From Treponemataceae bacterium (GTDB lineage: Bacteria > Spirochaetota > Spirochaetia > Treponematales > Rectinemataceae), in contig CAXXVZ010000005.1 of the NCBI GenBank assembly GCA_963678065.2, positions 416,001-480,000 of the forward strand: DNA of 64,000 nt, given 5' to 3'. Within the stretch, counting starts at the first letter, position 1, and every line of letters begins with the position of its first letter. The notes beneath the pieces are model-generated. The model made no database searches. It worked only from the letters and a program-made list of their open reading frames with translations, and was not told where the DNA came from. Shown here piece by piece: positions 30,288-40,356 of this stretch. A program made the position numbers and the translations under genes.

Positions 30288-31264
30288 TGGACACCGTCCC
30301 TCACCCTGGGGTCCAGGATCATGACGACGATATCCGCGAGGAAGTTGGCCACGAGAACCGAGGCGGCGATGAAGAGGAATATCGCCTGCATGAGGGGATA
30401 ATCCTTGGCGTTTATCGCCTGATAGAGCATGTAACCCACACCGGGGTAGGCGAAGACCATCTCCGTGAGGAGTCCGCCGCCCACGATGAAACCGAGCGAC
30501 ATGGCGAAGCCGGTCACGGAGGGGAGGACGGCGTTCTTGGCGGCGTAGAGAGTCTTGATCCTGGAGAGAGGAAGCCCCTTGGCCAGAGCAACCGCTATGT
30601 AGTCCTCGGCGAGAACGTTGATCATGTTGTTGCGCATGGTGAGGATCCAGGCCCCCATCGAGCTGAGGCAGATGGTCAGGGCCGGCAGCGCTCCGTGCTT
30701 CACGACGGAGAGGATCCATGCCCAGGAACCCCGGCTGGCCTCGTAGTCATAGGCTCCGCCCAGAGGAAAGAGTTTCAGATTGAAGGCGAGAAAGTAGATG
30801 AGAATCAGTCCGAGCCAGAAGTAGGGGAAGCTGCGGATGAAGGAGAAAACACCCACCGTGAAGGAGGCCAGCTTCGTCTCGCGCTTCCAGGCCGCCGCGA
30901 TCCCGATGAGCGTCCCCAGGGTGAAGCTGATGAGGGTGCAGAGCCCGAGGAGGCCGAGAGTCCAGGGAATGGCGATCCTCAATATGGAAGAGACAGGCAT
31001 GGGGAAGCGCGACAGCGAAATCCCGAGATCCCCCTTGGCCGTGTTGACAAGGTATTTGCCGTACTGGACGACAAGAGGATCCTTGGTATCGAGTCCGAAG
31101 GCCGCGCGGATCGAATCCAGCTGCTCGGGCGGAACCCCCTCCATCTTGTCGAGAAGAGCCCGGGCGGGATCGCCCGGCATCATCCTCGGCAGGAAAAAAT
31201 TGATCGAGACGGAGACGAGAAGGGTGAACAGAAGCAGACTGAACTTTCGGAGGAAATACTTCAA
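30284..31264 (-). CDS. ABC permease (OppB/DppB-like)
   Basis: MPGDP, GDLGIS, EDYI..A.AKGL and LDPRV; TTG start with AAGGAAGG RBS. Confidence 0.93.
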   Translation of the reverse strand: MKYFLRKFSLLLFTLLVSVSINFFLPRMMPGDPARALLDKMEGVPPEQLDSIRAAFGLDTKDPLVVQYGKYLVNTAKGDLGISLSRFPMPVSSILRIAIPWTLGLLGLCTLISFTLGTLIGIAAAWKRETKLASFTVGVFSFIRSFPYFWLGLILIYFLAFNLKLFPLGGAYDYEASRGSWAWILSVVKHGALPALTICLSSMGAWILTMRNNMINVLAEDYIAVALAKGLPLSRIKTLYAAKNAVLPSVTGFAMSLGFIVGGGLLTEMVFAYPGVGYMLYQAINAKDYPLMQAIFLFIAASVLVANFLADIVVMILDPRVRDGVQ

Positions 31265-31315
31265 CGCGACCTTCCTTGCGGGAACAGTGACTGAACCGGG
31301 GACAGATATCGTTTC

Positions 31316-31367
31316 GGGCAGCGACCGCGCCGGGACAGAATCCTGTCCTCCGGCGCGGTCGCTGCCC
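31316..31367. terminator. Strong intercistronic hairpin after the substrate-binding gene
   Basis: GGGCAGCGACCGCGCCGG..CCGGCGCGGTCGCTGCCC 18-bp stem with an inner GACAG/CTGTC stem. Confidence 0.65.
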
Positions 31368-31419
31368 GCACTGAAAACCGGCTTGCCATCACAAAAGACG
31401 GCAGGCCGGCATCAGCATA

Positions 31420-33066
31420 CTATTTTTTCTGCAGGCGCAGGAGGATGGGCGCCTTCTGCATGCCGGGAACGACGGGCCAGGCGTAGGGATCGTCCTCGCT
31501 CGGCCAGCCGACGAAGTTCTTGGTCGTGTACTCGAACCAGGTCGGGTTGAAGAACAGCGGCACGCAGGGAGCATCCTTCATGAACTGCTCGACGATTGCC
31601 GACAGGTACTTTTTCTGCGCTGTCGGGTCGGGCTCGGAGCGGTATTCGGTCAGGTTCGCGTCGATGTCCGCGTTCTTGTAGCGCATGTTGCTGAAGACCG
31701 GTGCCTTCTGTCCCAGGGGGGCGAACTTGGAGGAGTGGAGCCAGCGGTTGAACATGTACTGAGGATTGGAGCCAGTGGAGATGAAGTTGATCGCCAACTC
31801 GTAGTCGCCCTTCTCGAGGCTGGTCTGGTAGGGATCCGGCCAGGCGGCCTGGATGATGGTGGCATCGACGCCGATCTCTTTCAGCATGCCACAGATGGTC
31901 TCGGAGGCACCGATCCAGTCGGTCCAGTCGGTGGGGACATAGAGCTTGAAGGAGAGGGCTTTGCCGCCCTTCTCGTAGATTCCCTTGGAGTTGAGCTTGT
32001 AGCCCTCGGCCTCGAGAGTCTTTTTGGCCTTGGCGACGTCGAACTTGATGTCATATTTGGCCATGCCGGACTTGGCGACATCGGAGAAGGACTTCTTGAC
32101 GGCGCTCATATTGGCCGGAACGGGGCGGGGACTCATCTTGCGGGTGATGTCGCGCTGGGAGATCGCCATCGCGAAGGCCTTGCGCACATTCTCGTTGTTG
32201 AAGGGCTCGCGCAGGTTGTTCATGTAGAGGAAGACGAGATTGCCTTCGGGGAACCAGTACTTGTTGTTCTCGGGATCTGCCTTGACGTATTCGTCGGCGT
32301 TCGGGAGGGAATAGGCCGCCCAGTCGTACTCACCATTCATGAGTTTGAAGGCGATCTGCTCGTTCGTCGTCGACACGTACTGGATGCCGTCGATGTAGGG
32401 AAGCGGCTTGCCGTCCGTGCCCATCTGCCAGTAGTTCGGGTTGCGAACGATCCTGTAGGACTGCTCGTTGAAGGAGGCGAGGTCGAGCATGAAGGCTCCG
32501 GTGCCGACCGGGTTGACGTTGCCCGTCCAGGTGACAGGATCGGCCACCTTGGACCAGATGGCCTTCGGAAGCACGTACATCGCGCCAAACTTCTCGAGCG
32601 TCGTGACGTTGATGTCGTCGAACTTGAAAGTCACCGTGTTGCCCGATGCGGTGACGGCCTGGAGACCGTCAGACCAGAGGCCGGACATGTCGAGGGCCTT
32701 GTTGGTCTTGCCGAGCATCGCGCCATAGACGACATCATCGGCCGTCATGGGGCTGCCGTCGTTGAACTTCACGCCCTGGCGCAGGGTGAAGGTGATCTCG
32801 CGGAGGTCTTTGGACCACTGCCACTTTTCGGCGAGCCAGGGATTGGCCGAGCCGTTGGCCTGGTTGAAATAGAGGAGGGATTCGTAGATACAGCCCAGCG
32901 TCGGATCGAGGCTGGCGGGGCTGAAGGGGTTGAAGTTCTTGATGAGGACGCCCTGCTTGGACGGTGTCATCTTGAGCATGCCGCCGCGTTTGGGGGATAC
33001 TTGAGCCGGCATCGCAGCCAGAACCACAGCGGCGAGGGCGAAAGCCACGAGAATGCGTTTCTTCAT
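31420..33066 (-). CDS. Family 5 ABC substrate-binding protein, probably oligosaccharide-binding type
   Basis: Signal peptide; NFNPF, LRQGVKFNDG.P.TADDV, PVGTG, WTDW and GWPSEDDPY motifs typical of Thermotoga-type cello/chito-oligosaccharide SBPs. Confidence 0.88.
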   Translation of the reverse strand: MKKRILVAFALAAVVLAAMPAQVSPKRGGMLKMTPSKQGVLIKNFNPFSPASLDPTLGCIYESLLYFNQANGSANPWLAEKWQWSKDLREITFTLRQGVKFNDGSPMTADDVVYGAMLGKTNKALDMSGLWSDGLQAVTASGNTVTFKFDDINVTTLEKFGAMYVLPKAIWSKVADPVTWTGNVNPVGTGAFMLDLASFNEQSYRIVRNPNYWQMGTDGKPLPYIDGIQYVSTTNEQIAFKLMNGEYDWAAYSLPNADEYVKADPENNKYWFPEGNLVFLYMNNLREPFNNENVRKAFAMAISQRDITRKMSPRPVPANMSAVKKSFSDVAKSGMAKYDIKFDVAKAKKTLEAEGYKLNSKGIYEKGGKALSFKLYVPTDWTDWIGASETICGMLKEIGVDATIIQAAWPDPYQTSLEKGDYELAINFISTGSNPQYMFNRWLHSSKFAPLGQKAPVFSNMRYKNADIDANLTEYRSEPDPTAQKKYLSAIVEQFMKDAPCVPLFFNPTWFEYTTKNFVGWPSEDDPYAWPVVPGMQKAPILLRLQKK

Positions 33067-33264
33067 GGAAACCTCCTGAAGCTTAACCGGCGATAGCCGG
33101 TTTACCAGCTATCGCCGGTTTGGCCGGCCTTCGCCGGTCTTGCCGGATCGTGCCGGCGTGAACATCTTCAAGGCATTATTGAGCCTTTTTCAGAGATCCG
33201 CAATATATTGTTTCAGTTTTTCTTCTTTTTTCATCATTCATAACACGATATTTCAATAACAACG

Positions 33265-33307
33265 AAAAAAAGCCCGTCCGCAGGCGATCGCGCGCCTGCG
33301 GACGGGT
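33265..33307 (-). terminator. Rho-independent terminator of the sugar ABC operon
   Basis: GC stem CCCGTCCGCAGGCG/CGCCTGCGGACGGG followed by U7 on the minus strand. Confidence 0.85.
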
Positions 33308-33350
33308 CAGTCTCAGGTCAGAAAGGCGTCAGTCCTTGCGGTCGGAATTC

Positions 33351-34283
33351 TCAGTCGTAGAGAAGGGGAAGCATCTCGGGGCTGTCCATATTGGTCTTGT
33401 CGTACCAGTGGAAACCGGTGTCGATGATCTTATCAAGCTTCTCGCCCTTGAGGGCCTTGACGGCGGCCTCGACGGTCTTGTAGCCGATGCCGACCGGGTC
33501 CTGGGTGATGGAGCCGGCCATCTCGCCCGAGCGGACCGCGTCTTTCTGCTGTTTTCCGGCATCGTATCCGATGACGACGAGCTTGCGCTTCATTTCCTTG
33601 ACTGCGTTGAGTACGCCGATGATGGAACCTTCGTTGGCGCCGAAGTAGCCCTTGAGGTTGGGGTTGGCCTGGAGAACGGCCTTGGCCAGGTCGGTGGACT
33701 TGAGCTGGTCGCCGCCGCCGTACTGGACAGACACGATTTTGATCTTGGGATACTTGGCTTTCATCTGGTTGACGAAGCCGTCGCGGCGGTCGATGCCGGT
33801 GCGGCTGGTCTGGTCGTGCACGAGGACGGCTACGTCGCCGGTCCCGCCGATGAGGGCGGCCATCTTGTCCGCAGCGAGAGCCGCGGCGGCGACGTTGTTC
33901 GTGGTGGCGGTGGCGAGGGGGATGTCGCTGTCGACGCCGGAGTCGAAGGCGATGACGGGGATGCCGGCGGCCTGGGCTTTCTTGAGAAGGGGAATGGCTG
34001 CCTTCGAGTCGAGGGCGGCAAAACCGATAGCCTGGGGCTTCTTGGCCAGGGCGGCCGTCAGCATGTCGATCTGCTTGTCGACCATGGCTTCGGTCTCGGG
34101 ACCTTCGAAGGTTACCCTGACGTTGAAATCCTTGGCCGCTTTCTCGGCGCCCAGCTTCACTGCCTGCCAGAACTGATGCTGGAAGCCCTTGGAGATGAGG
34201 GGAATGTAGATGGTCTGCGCGCCGGCAAAGGCGACGGCCATCACGAGCAGGACCACAGCCGCGAACAATTTCCTGTTCTTCAT
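33351..34283 (-). CDS. Monosaccharide ABC substrate-binding protein (RbsB-like)
   Basis: Signal peptide; KGFQHQFWQAV, IAFDSG, IGYDA and QDP..IGY. Confidence 0.92.
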   Translation of the reverse strand: MKNRKLFAAVVLLVMAVAFAGAQTIYIPLISKGFQHQFWQAVKLGAEKAAKDFNVRVTFEGPETEAMVDKQIDMLTAALAKKPQAIGFAALDSKAAIPLLKKAQAAGIPVIAFDSGVDSDIPLATATTNNVAAAALAADKMAALIGGTGDVAVLVHDQTSRTGIDRRDGFVNQMKAKYPKIKIVSVQYGGGDQLKSTDLAKAVLQANPNLKGYFGANEGSIIGVLNAVKEMKRKLVVIGYDAGKQQKDAVRSGEMAGSITQDPVGIGYKTVEAAVKALKGEKLDKIIDTGFHWYDKTNMDSPEMLPLLYD

Positions 34284-34403
34284 GAAAACCTCCTGGAAAA
34301 TCCTATCCACTTCCGGGGGTGGGCAGTCATATCTCTGGATGACCGCTTCCCCCGGAAGCAAACTCCCCTACGGGGAGATCGCACCGATACGAGTGCGCCT
34401 GCC

Positions 34404-35420
34404 TTACTTCTTGCGGCGCAGATTGTCCGTGTAGACGGCGAAGATGACGATGAGCCCCGTGACGACGGTCTGCCACTCCTGCGGAACGTTCATGATGCGC
34501 AGGCCATTGATGAGGACGCTCATGATGAAGGCGCCGATGACGGTGCCGAGGATGGTTCCCTCGCCGCCCGAAAGGGATACGCCGCCTATGACCGCCGCCG
34601 CGATCGCGTCGAGCTCGTAGCCCTGGCCGAGGGCCGGCTGGGCCGAGTTGAGCCGGGAGGCGATGAGGACGCCGGCCACGCCGACGATAGTTCCGGACAG
34701 GGTGTAGATGCCGATCTTCCACGCGTCGACGTCGACGCCCGAGAGCCGGACCGCTTCCTCGTTGCTGCCGATCGCGAAGTTGTAGCGTCCGAGCACCGTC
34801 TTGTTCAGGATGAAGCCCGCGATGGCCGCGACGCCGAAGAAGATGAGGACGGCGTTCGGAATCGCGAAGCCTGGAATGATCGCGGAGAGATCGAGCAAAG
34901 TGCCCATGGCGATGAGGTTGAAGGCCTCGGTGTCGACGAAGTAGATCGGCTTCGTACCCGATATGACGAGGGAGAGTCCTTTCACGATGAGCATCATGCC
35001 GAGAGTGACGATGAAGGGCGGCAGCTTGAGCTTGGAGACGAAGGTGCCCGAGATGCATCCGACGAGGGCGCCGGTGAGAAGGCCCGCGAGGACGCCGACA
35101 AGAATGGGCATGTGCCAGTAGGTTATGAAGACGCCCGTGATGACGGCGCAGAAGGTCATCAGGGTTCCGATGGACAGATCGATTCCGCCCGTGATGATGA
35201 CGAAGGTGACGCCGATGCCGAGAACGCCCGCGACGGCCGTCGACAGCATGATGGAGACCATGTTGTCGATCCTGAAGAAGTTGGGCGATGCGATGGTGAA
35301 GATGATCAGCATCACGACGAGGCTGGCGAAGGCCAGGAGTTTCTGTGTCGCACTCGAACCGAATTTCTGGGTGGGCGCCTTTACTGCCGTTTTTTCCGCA
35401 ACTGTTGACATTGTCTTCAC
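34404..35420 (-). CDS. Monosaccharide ABC permease (RbsC-like)
   Basis: GGIDLS, PPFIVTLG, GSNEEA..LSG and YELDAIAA.VIGG.S. Confidence 0.93.
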   Translation of the reverse strand: MKTMSTVAEKTAVKAPTQKFGSSATQKLLAFASLVVMLIIFTIASPNFFRIDNMVSIMLSTAVAGVLGIGVTFVIITGGIDLSIGTLMTFCAVITGVFITYWHMPILVGVLAGLLTGALVGCISGTFVSKLKLPPFIVTLGMMLIVKGLSLVISGTKPIYFVDTEAFNLIAMGTLLDLSAIIPGFAIPNAVLIFFGVAAIAGFILNKTVLGRYNFAIGSNEEAVRLSGVDVDAWKIGIYTLSGTIVGVAGVLIASRLNSAQPALGQGYELDAIAAAVIGGVSLSGGEGTILGTVIGAFIMSVLINGLRIMNVPQEWQTVVTGLIVIFAVYTDNLRRKK

Positions 35421-35433
35421 GTCTCCTTTGTTC

Positions 35434-36939
35434 TCAGTTCGCCTCGCGAAGGGTCGCGAGCCTCATGATATTTTCCTGGGTGATATCGCCGCCTGAGAGT
35501 TCGCCCGTGATGCGTCCCTCGCACATGACGAGGACGCGCGTGCAGAGCCTGATGACCTCCGGCATTTCCGAAGAGATCATGATGATGGTCTTGCCTTCCG
35601 CCGCGAGTCTGTTGAGCAGCTTGTAGATTTCGAACTTCGCGCCCACGTCGATGCCTCGCGTCGGCTCATCGAAAATGAGGATGTTGGAGTTCCTGACTAT
35701 CCACTTGGCGATGATGACCTTCTGCTGGTTGCCGCCCGAGAGGAATTTCACTTTCTGCGAGAGCGAAGGCGTCTTGATGGCGAGGGATTCGACGAATTCG
35801 CCGCCGGTTTTGCGTGTCAGCTTCGTATGGACGACGCCGATGAAGTTGAGGAATTTCTCCATCGAGGCCAGGACGACGTTGGTCTCCACGTCCATACCGA
35901 GGGCGAGGCCGTAGCGTTTGCGATCCTCGGAGAGATAGCCGATGCCGTGCTTCACGGCGTCCCGCGGCTGACGGATACGGACGGATTTGCCGGAAACCTG
36001 GATCTCTCCGGACTCCACGGGATCGGCGCCGAAGACGGCGCGCGCCACCTCGGTCCTGCCCGCCCCCATGAGGCCGGCAAAGCCCAGAATCTCGCCCTTG
36101 CGGACCTCGAAACAGGCATTCTTGATGGCGCGCCCGCGGTTCAGGTTCTTCACGGAAAGCACTACCTCGGAGGAACCGGCGATTCCGGGCGCCCTCGACA
36201 TCTCGTCGAGCTTGCGGCCGACCATCATGTTGATGATCTGGTCCATCTCGACGTCTGCGGCGTTCACGGTGTTGATCCAGGTGCCGTCGCGCATGACCGT
36301 GATGCGGTCGGCGATCTTCTTGATCTCGTCCATGCGGTGCGAGATGTAGATGATCCCGACCCCGCGATCCTTGAGGTGGCGGATGATCTGAAAAAGCTCC
36401 TCTATTTCCTTGTCGTTGAGGGCCGCGGTGGGCTCGTCCATGATGAGAAGCCCGGAGTTGAAGGACAGCGCCTTCGCGATTTCGATCATCTGCTGCTTGG
36501 CCACGACGAGATCCTTGACGCGGGTGCGCGGATCCAGGTCGAGGTGGAGCATTTCGAAAAGCTTCCGTGACTCGTCGTTCATCTTTTTTTCATCCACGAC
36601 GATGCCGAGGAAACTGCGGGGCTCCCTGCCTATGAAAATGTTCTGCGCGGCCGTCAGATGCTGGGCAAGGTTGAGCTCCTGGTGAATGATGCCGATGCCG
36701 AGGTGCCGGGCCGCCTTCGGATTGGGGATCTCGACCTCCGCGCCTTTGTAGACGATGGTGCCGGCATCCTTGGAATAGACTCCTGCAATGATTTTCATGA
36801 GGGTGGATTTGCCGGCTCCGTTCTCTCCGAGCAGAGCGTGGACCTCTCCCGCGCGGATATCGAACTTGACGTCCTTGAGGGCATTCACGCCGGGGAAGGA
36901 TTTGTTGATTCCCTCCAGCCGAAGAAGCTGTTCGCTCAC
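35434..36939 (-). CDS. Monosaccharide ABC ATPase (RbsA-like, two domains)
   Basis: [20 protein letters not shown] and [12 protein letters not shown]. Confidence 0.95.
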   Translation of the reverse strand: MSEQLLRLEGINKSFPGVNALKDVKFDIRAGEVHALLGENGAGKSTLMKIIAGVYSKDAGTIVYKGAEVEIPNPKAARHLGIGIIHQELNLAQHLTAAQNIFIGREPRSFLGIVVDEKKMNDESRKLFEMLHLDLDPRTRVKDLVVAKQQMIEIAKALSFNSGLLIMDEPTAALNDKEIEELFQIIRHLKDRGVGIIYISHRMDEIKKIADRITVMRDGTWINTVNAADVEMDQIINMMVGRKLDEMSRAPGIAGSSEVVLSVKNLNRGRAIKNACFEVRKGEILGFAGLMGAGRTEVARAVFGADPVESGEIQVSGKSVRIRQPRDAVKHGIGYLSEDRKRYGLALGMDVETNVVLASMEKFLNFIGVVHTKLTRKTGGEFVESLAIKTPSLSQKVKFLSGGNQQKVIIAKWIVRNSNILIFDEPTRGIDVGAKFEIYKLLNRLAAEGKTIIMISSEMPEVIRLCTRVLVMCEGRITGELSGGDITQENIMRLATLREAN

Positions 36940-36957
36940 CTTATAACCTCCGATTAT

Positions 36958-36971
36958 TGCAATCGATTACA
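36958..36971. promoter_or_regulatory. LacI-type operator (internal copy)
   Basis: TGCAATCGATTACA, a near-perfect palindrome with central CG. Confidence 0.7.
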
Positions 36972-36995
36972 GTTTTCATGCCAAAAACCTGCAAA

Positions 36996-37436
36996 TCAAT
37001 CCTTTGCGACAGGAATCACGCCTTTCTTTACGATAATATTTCCGTACGGCGTGGTTTCTCCCGTGATGACGACGGCAAAAGCCTTTTTCGTCCTCTCGTA
37101 GAAGGCGAAGCGCTCCATGCGCCCGATGGCCGGAGTCCCCGGCCAATGGCGATCCACGGCCGCCCGGTACGAGAGCTCGAGCTCCCTGTCGACAGCGTCT
37201 CCGGAAGAAGGCTGCATCATGACAAGGGGAGTGTCAACATAACTATCTACGTTGATTAGACTTAATATTCCATCAAGCAGTGGGGCTATCCTTATCCCGT
37301 CGGCGCGCAGCACCCGGGCGTTGAGGCTCTCGCCGGTAAAGAAGGCGTCTGCCAGAACAAGTTCGTCGCCGTGGCCCATCCTGTGAAGGAGGGCGAGCAG
37401 ATCCGGGCCGATCAGGGGCGATACTCCGATAAGCAT
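36996..37436 (-). CDS. fucU: RbsD/FucU family sugar mutarotase
   Basis: MGHGDELVLADA, ERFAFYE and TGET..YGNII.KKGV. Confidence 0.88.
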   Translation of the reverse strand: MLIGVSPLIGPDLLALLHRMGHGDELVLADAFFTGESLNARVLRADGIRIAPLLDGILSLINVDSYVDTPLVMMQPSSGDAVDRELELSYRAAVDRHWPGTPAIGRMERFAFYERTKKAFAVVITGETTPYGNIIVKKGVIPVAKD

Positions 37437-37535
37437 GATGTCCCTCCGCGGTCGTTGCGGCGATAGCCTGGGGGTCACGGCGCAACTCTCTGAAAAACAT
37501 CATCAGACCGTTTTGCTAAACTGTCAAGTAAAAAA

Positions 37536-37549
37536 TGTAATCGATTAAA
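37536..37549. promoter_or_regulatory. LacI-type operator in the divergent promoter
   Basis: TGTAATCGATTAAA, matching the copy at 36958. Confidence 0.7.
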
Positions 37550-37677
37550 ATTTTTCTTGCGGAATCCGGAAAGCGGCTCTATACTGGACGAAACCGGCGG
37601 GAAGGAATTCACGCGCGCCGCGCATCTGGATCAGACAGTTGCGCGAGGGCTCCAGGGCCGCCCGGAGGAGATGACGC

Positions 37678-38667
37678 ATGATAGTGTGTTGCGGCGAAGC
37701 TCTCGTCGACATGGTTCCGGCACAGACAGCGACCGGCGAAGTATCCTTCCAGCCCTGCCCCGGGGGAAGTCCCTACAACAGCGCGATAGCCCTCGGAAGA
37801 CTCGGGCGCGAAACCGGTTTCCTCGGCAATCTCTCGACGGATTTTTTCGGCGAGATGCTGGCAGGAAGGCTCAGACAGAATGGCGTCTCGACGGCCATGG
37901 CCAGGCGCGTCCCGAAGCCGAGCACTCTGGCCTTCGTGAATCTTCAGCCGGGAAAAGATCCCGAGTACGCTTTTTATATGGAAGGAACCGCGGACCGTTC
38001 GCTGCTCGCCTCCGATCTGCCGGAGAAACTGGACGGTATCGACTGCCTTCTCGCAGGCTCCATCTCCCTCGTCCTCGAGCCCTGCGGTGCGACCCTCGAG
38101 GACTTTCTCATCGGAGAATCCCGCCACCGGATTCTGTCCTTCGACCCCAATATCCGCCCTTCGATGATTCTCGACCGGGCCGCCTACCTCGGTCGCTTCT
38201 TCAGGCTCGTCAGCCACGCGGCCATCGTCAAGATTTCCGAAGTCGACCTCGCCTGGCTCTACCCCGGAATCGGCGGCGACGAAGCCTTCTTTCGGCTTTT
38301 CGGCTCCGCGACGGAGAAACGGCCCGACAACGAGCCACTCCTCGCCGTCCTCACGCGGGGAGGAGCGGGCGCCCAGGCCATATTCTTCAACGGGGGGCAG
38401 AGGGAAGAGGCGGCAGTCCCGGGATTGCCCGTGAAAGTCGTCGATACCATCGGCGCCGGCGACACCTTCCACGCCGGTCTTCTCGCCTGGCTCGACGGAA
38501 ACGGTTTCCTCTCGAAAAAAACCCTTCCGGCGATGGACTCCCGGAGGCTCGTCGAGGCATTATGGTACGCCAATGCCTCCGCGGCCCTCGCCTGCGGCAA
38601 GCGGGGAGCCGAACCGCCCTTTGCGTCGGAAGTCAGAAGTCTTCTGGAGAGGCGGAACCTCACATGA
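37678..38667 (+). CDS. PfkB-family carbohydrate kinase (fructokinase-like)
   Basis: GEALVD, GGSPYN, FDPNIR and DTIGAGDTF. Confidence 0.93.
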   Translation: MIVCCGEALVDMVPAQTATGEVSFQPCPGGSPYNSAIALGRLGRETGFLGNLSTDFFGEMLAGRLRQNGVSTAMARRVPKPSTLAFVNLQPGKDPEYAFYMEGTADRSLLASDLPEKLDGIDCLLAGSISLVLEPCGATLEDFLIGESRHRILSFDPNIRPSMILDRAAYLGRFFRLVSHAAIVKISEVDLAWLYPGIGGDEAFFRLFGSATEKRPDNEPLLAVLTRGGAGAQAIFFNGGQREEAAVPGLPVKVVDTIGAGDTFHAGLLAWLDGNGFLSKKTLPAMDSRRLVEALWYANASAALACGKRGAEPPFASEVRSLLERRNLT

Positions 38668-38680
38668 AGGGGCGAGCTGC

Positions 38681-39691
38681 ATGACCAGCATCAAAGATGT
38701 CGCGGAGGCGGCGGGAGTCTCCACGGCGACCGTCTCCCGCGTCCTCGCGGACAAGCCGCACATCCGAAAGGAAATCCGCGAGCGTGTGCTGGCAGCTGTC
38801 GAAAAGCTCAACTACAGGCCCAACAGGGTCGCGCGGAGCCTGCGCAACCGCCAGTCGAACACGATCGGCCTCGTGGTCGCGGACATCCGGAATCCCTTCT
38901 TCACCTCGCTGAGCCGCGCCGTGGAGGACGTGGCCTACGCGCGGGACATGAGCGTATTCCTGTGCAATTCCGACGAAAACACGCGCAAGGAGACCCTCTA
39001 CCTCGACCTTTTGCGGGACGAACATGTCGCCGGCATCATAATCGCCCCGACAGCCCACACGGCCGACACCTTCTCGCGCGAGGTCAAACTCGACCTCCCC
39101 GTCGTCGTGATAGACAGGCGTGTCAGCTCCGGCGACGTCGACTCTGTCGTGATGGACAATGTCGACGGAGCGTTCAGGCTCACGAGCCACCTCCTCGATG
39201 ACGGCTACCGCCGCATCGGGGCGGTCTTCAGCATCGACATCAGCACGGGGCGGGAACGCCACGAGGGCTTCCTCAAGGCACACGCCGCCCGCGGCCTGGA
39301 AGCCGATCCCAGCCTCGTCTGTTTCACCGAAAACAGGGAAATCAATGGCTACGAGGCCGCCGCGACCCTGCTCGGAATGGACAGGCCGCCCGATATCATC
39401 TTCGCGACGAACGGCGTGATGTCGACAGGTGTCTTCCGGCTCCTGCACGAGCGCGGCATACGGATTCCCGAGGACATAGGTCTCGCGGGATTCGACGAGA
39501 CTCCCTGGTTCGACCTCGTAAGCCCGGCCATGACCATCTTCAAGCAGCCGACCTACGAGATCGGCAAGACCGCCACCGAACTTCTCCTGAACCGCATCGC
39601 CGAGCCGGATCGCCCGGCCCGGGACATCGTGCTCAAGGGCAAACTCGTCGTGCGCGACTCGTGCAGGCGGCCGGGCTCGGCGACGCACTGA
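38681..39691 (+). CDS. LacI family regulator
   Basis: SIKDVAEAAGVSTATVSRVL, YRPN..ARSL and IPEDI.LAGFD. Confidence 0.95.
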   Translation: MTSIKDVAEAAGVSTATVSRVLADKPHIRKEIRERVLAAVEKLNYRPNRVARSLRNRQSNTIGLVVADIRNPFFTSLSRAVEDVAYARDMSVFLCNSDENTRKETLYLDLLRDEHVAGIIIAPTAHTADTFSREVKLDLPVVVIDRRVSSGDVDSVVMDNVDGAFRLTSHLLDDGYRRIGAVFSIDISTGRERHEGFLKAHAARGLEADPSLVCFTENREINGYEAAATLLGMDRPPDIIFATNGVMSTGVFRLLHERGIRIPEDIGLAGFDETPWFDLVSPAMTIFKQPTYEIGKTATELLLNRIAEPDRPARDIVLKGKLVVRDSCRRPGSATH

Positions 39692-39793
39692 ACCGGATTC
39701 ATCAGTCCTGCGGGGTATGAAACCCAGCTCCGAACCAAAGCGTGGATTTTTCGCTGGAATATGGGTCGGAGACTTGTTTTTTTGACTTTCTTG

Positions 39794-39812
39794 ATATATC
39801 TATAAGATATAT
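39794..39812. promoter_or_regulatory. Probable PadR autoregulatory operator
   Basis: ATATATCT-ata-AGATATAT perfect inverted repeat overlapping the padR start codon. Confidence 0.65.
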
Positions 39813-40356
39813 GACAGATGGAAGGACAGGCTTCCTTATTCTCGGCCTTCTGGCCGAGGAGCCGCACTCAGGATACGAGATCCGGAAAATCACGGAAATC
39901 CGTTTCAGGTTTTTCTGGAGCGAAAGTTTTGGTCAGATATACCCGGCCCTGAAAAAGCTCGAGGCGGAGCGACTGGTGACATCGACGCTGGCAGGCGGAC
40001 GCCGCAAGAGGATGTATGCGATCACGGCGACCGGCAGGCAGGAACTTTCGCGCTGGCTCGACAAGCCGGCGGCGGCGGAAACCGCACGGTTTGAGGCGAT
40101 CCTCAAGTTTTCATTCGCGTGGGCGATGAGTCCGGAGAAAACCAGGGAACATATAGAAGACTTCAGGGCGCGTCAGACGGAGAACCTCGGAGAGCTCGAG
40201 GCGTTCAGACAAGAACTGGAATCCATACCCGATCCTTACGGCAACCACGACATCGCGCTCATGACGATAGAACTCGGCCTCGCGACATACAAGGCCTGGA
40301 GGGACTGGAGCGACAGGGTGCTCGCGACCAGGAAAGCAGGGGGAGGAAAGACATGA
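39811..40356 (+). CDS. PadR family regulator
   Basis: ILGLL..SGYEI..FWSESFGQIYPALKKLE..RKRMYAIT.TG. Confidence 0.92.
   Translation: MTDGRTGFLILGLLAEEPHSGYEIRKITEIRFRFFWSESFGQIYPALKKLEAERLVTSTLAGGRRKRMYAITATGRQELSRWLDKPAAAETARFEAILKFSFAWAMSPEKTREHIEDFRARQTENLGELEAFRQELESIPDPYGNHDIALMTIELGLATYKAWRDWSDRVLATRKAGGGKT

Noticed and set aside
34305..34400. Hairpins between the sugar permease and SBP genes as a possible ncRNA
   Set aside because: Consistent with ordinary intercistronic stabilising or processing stems; no family features recognised.
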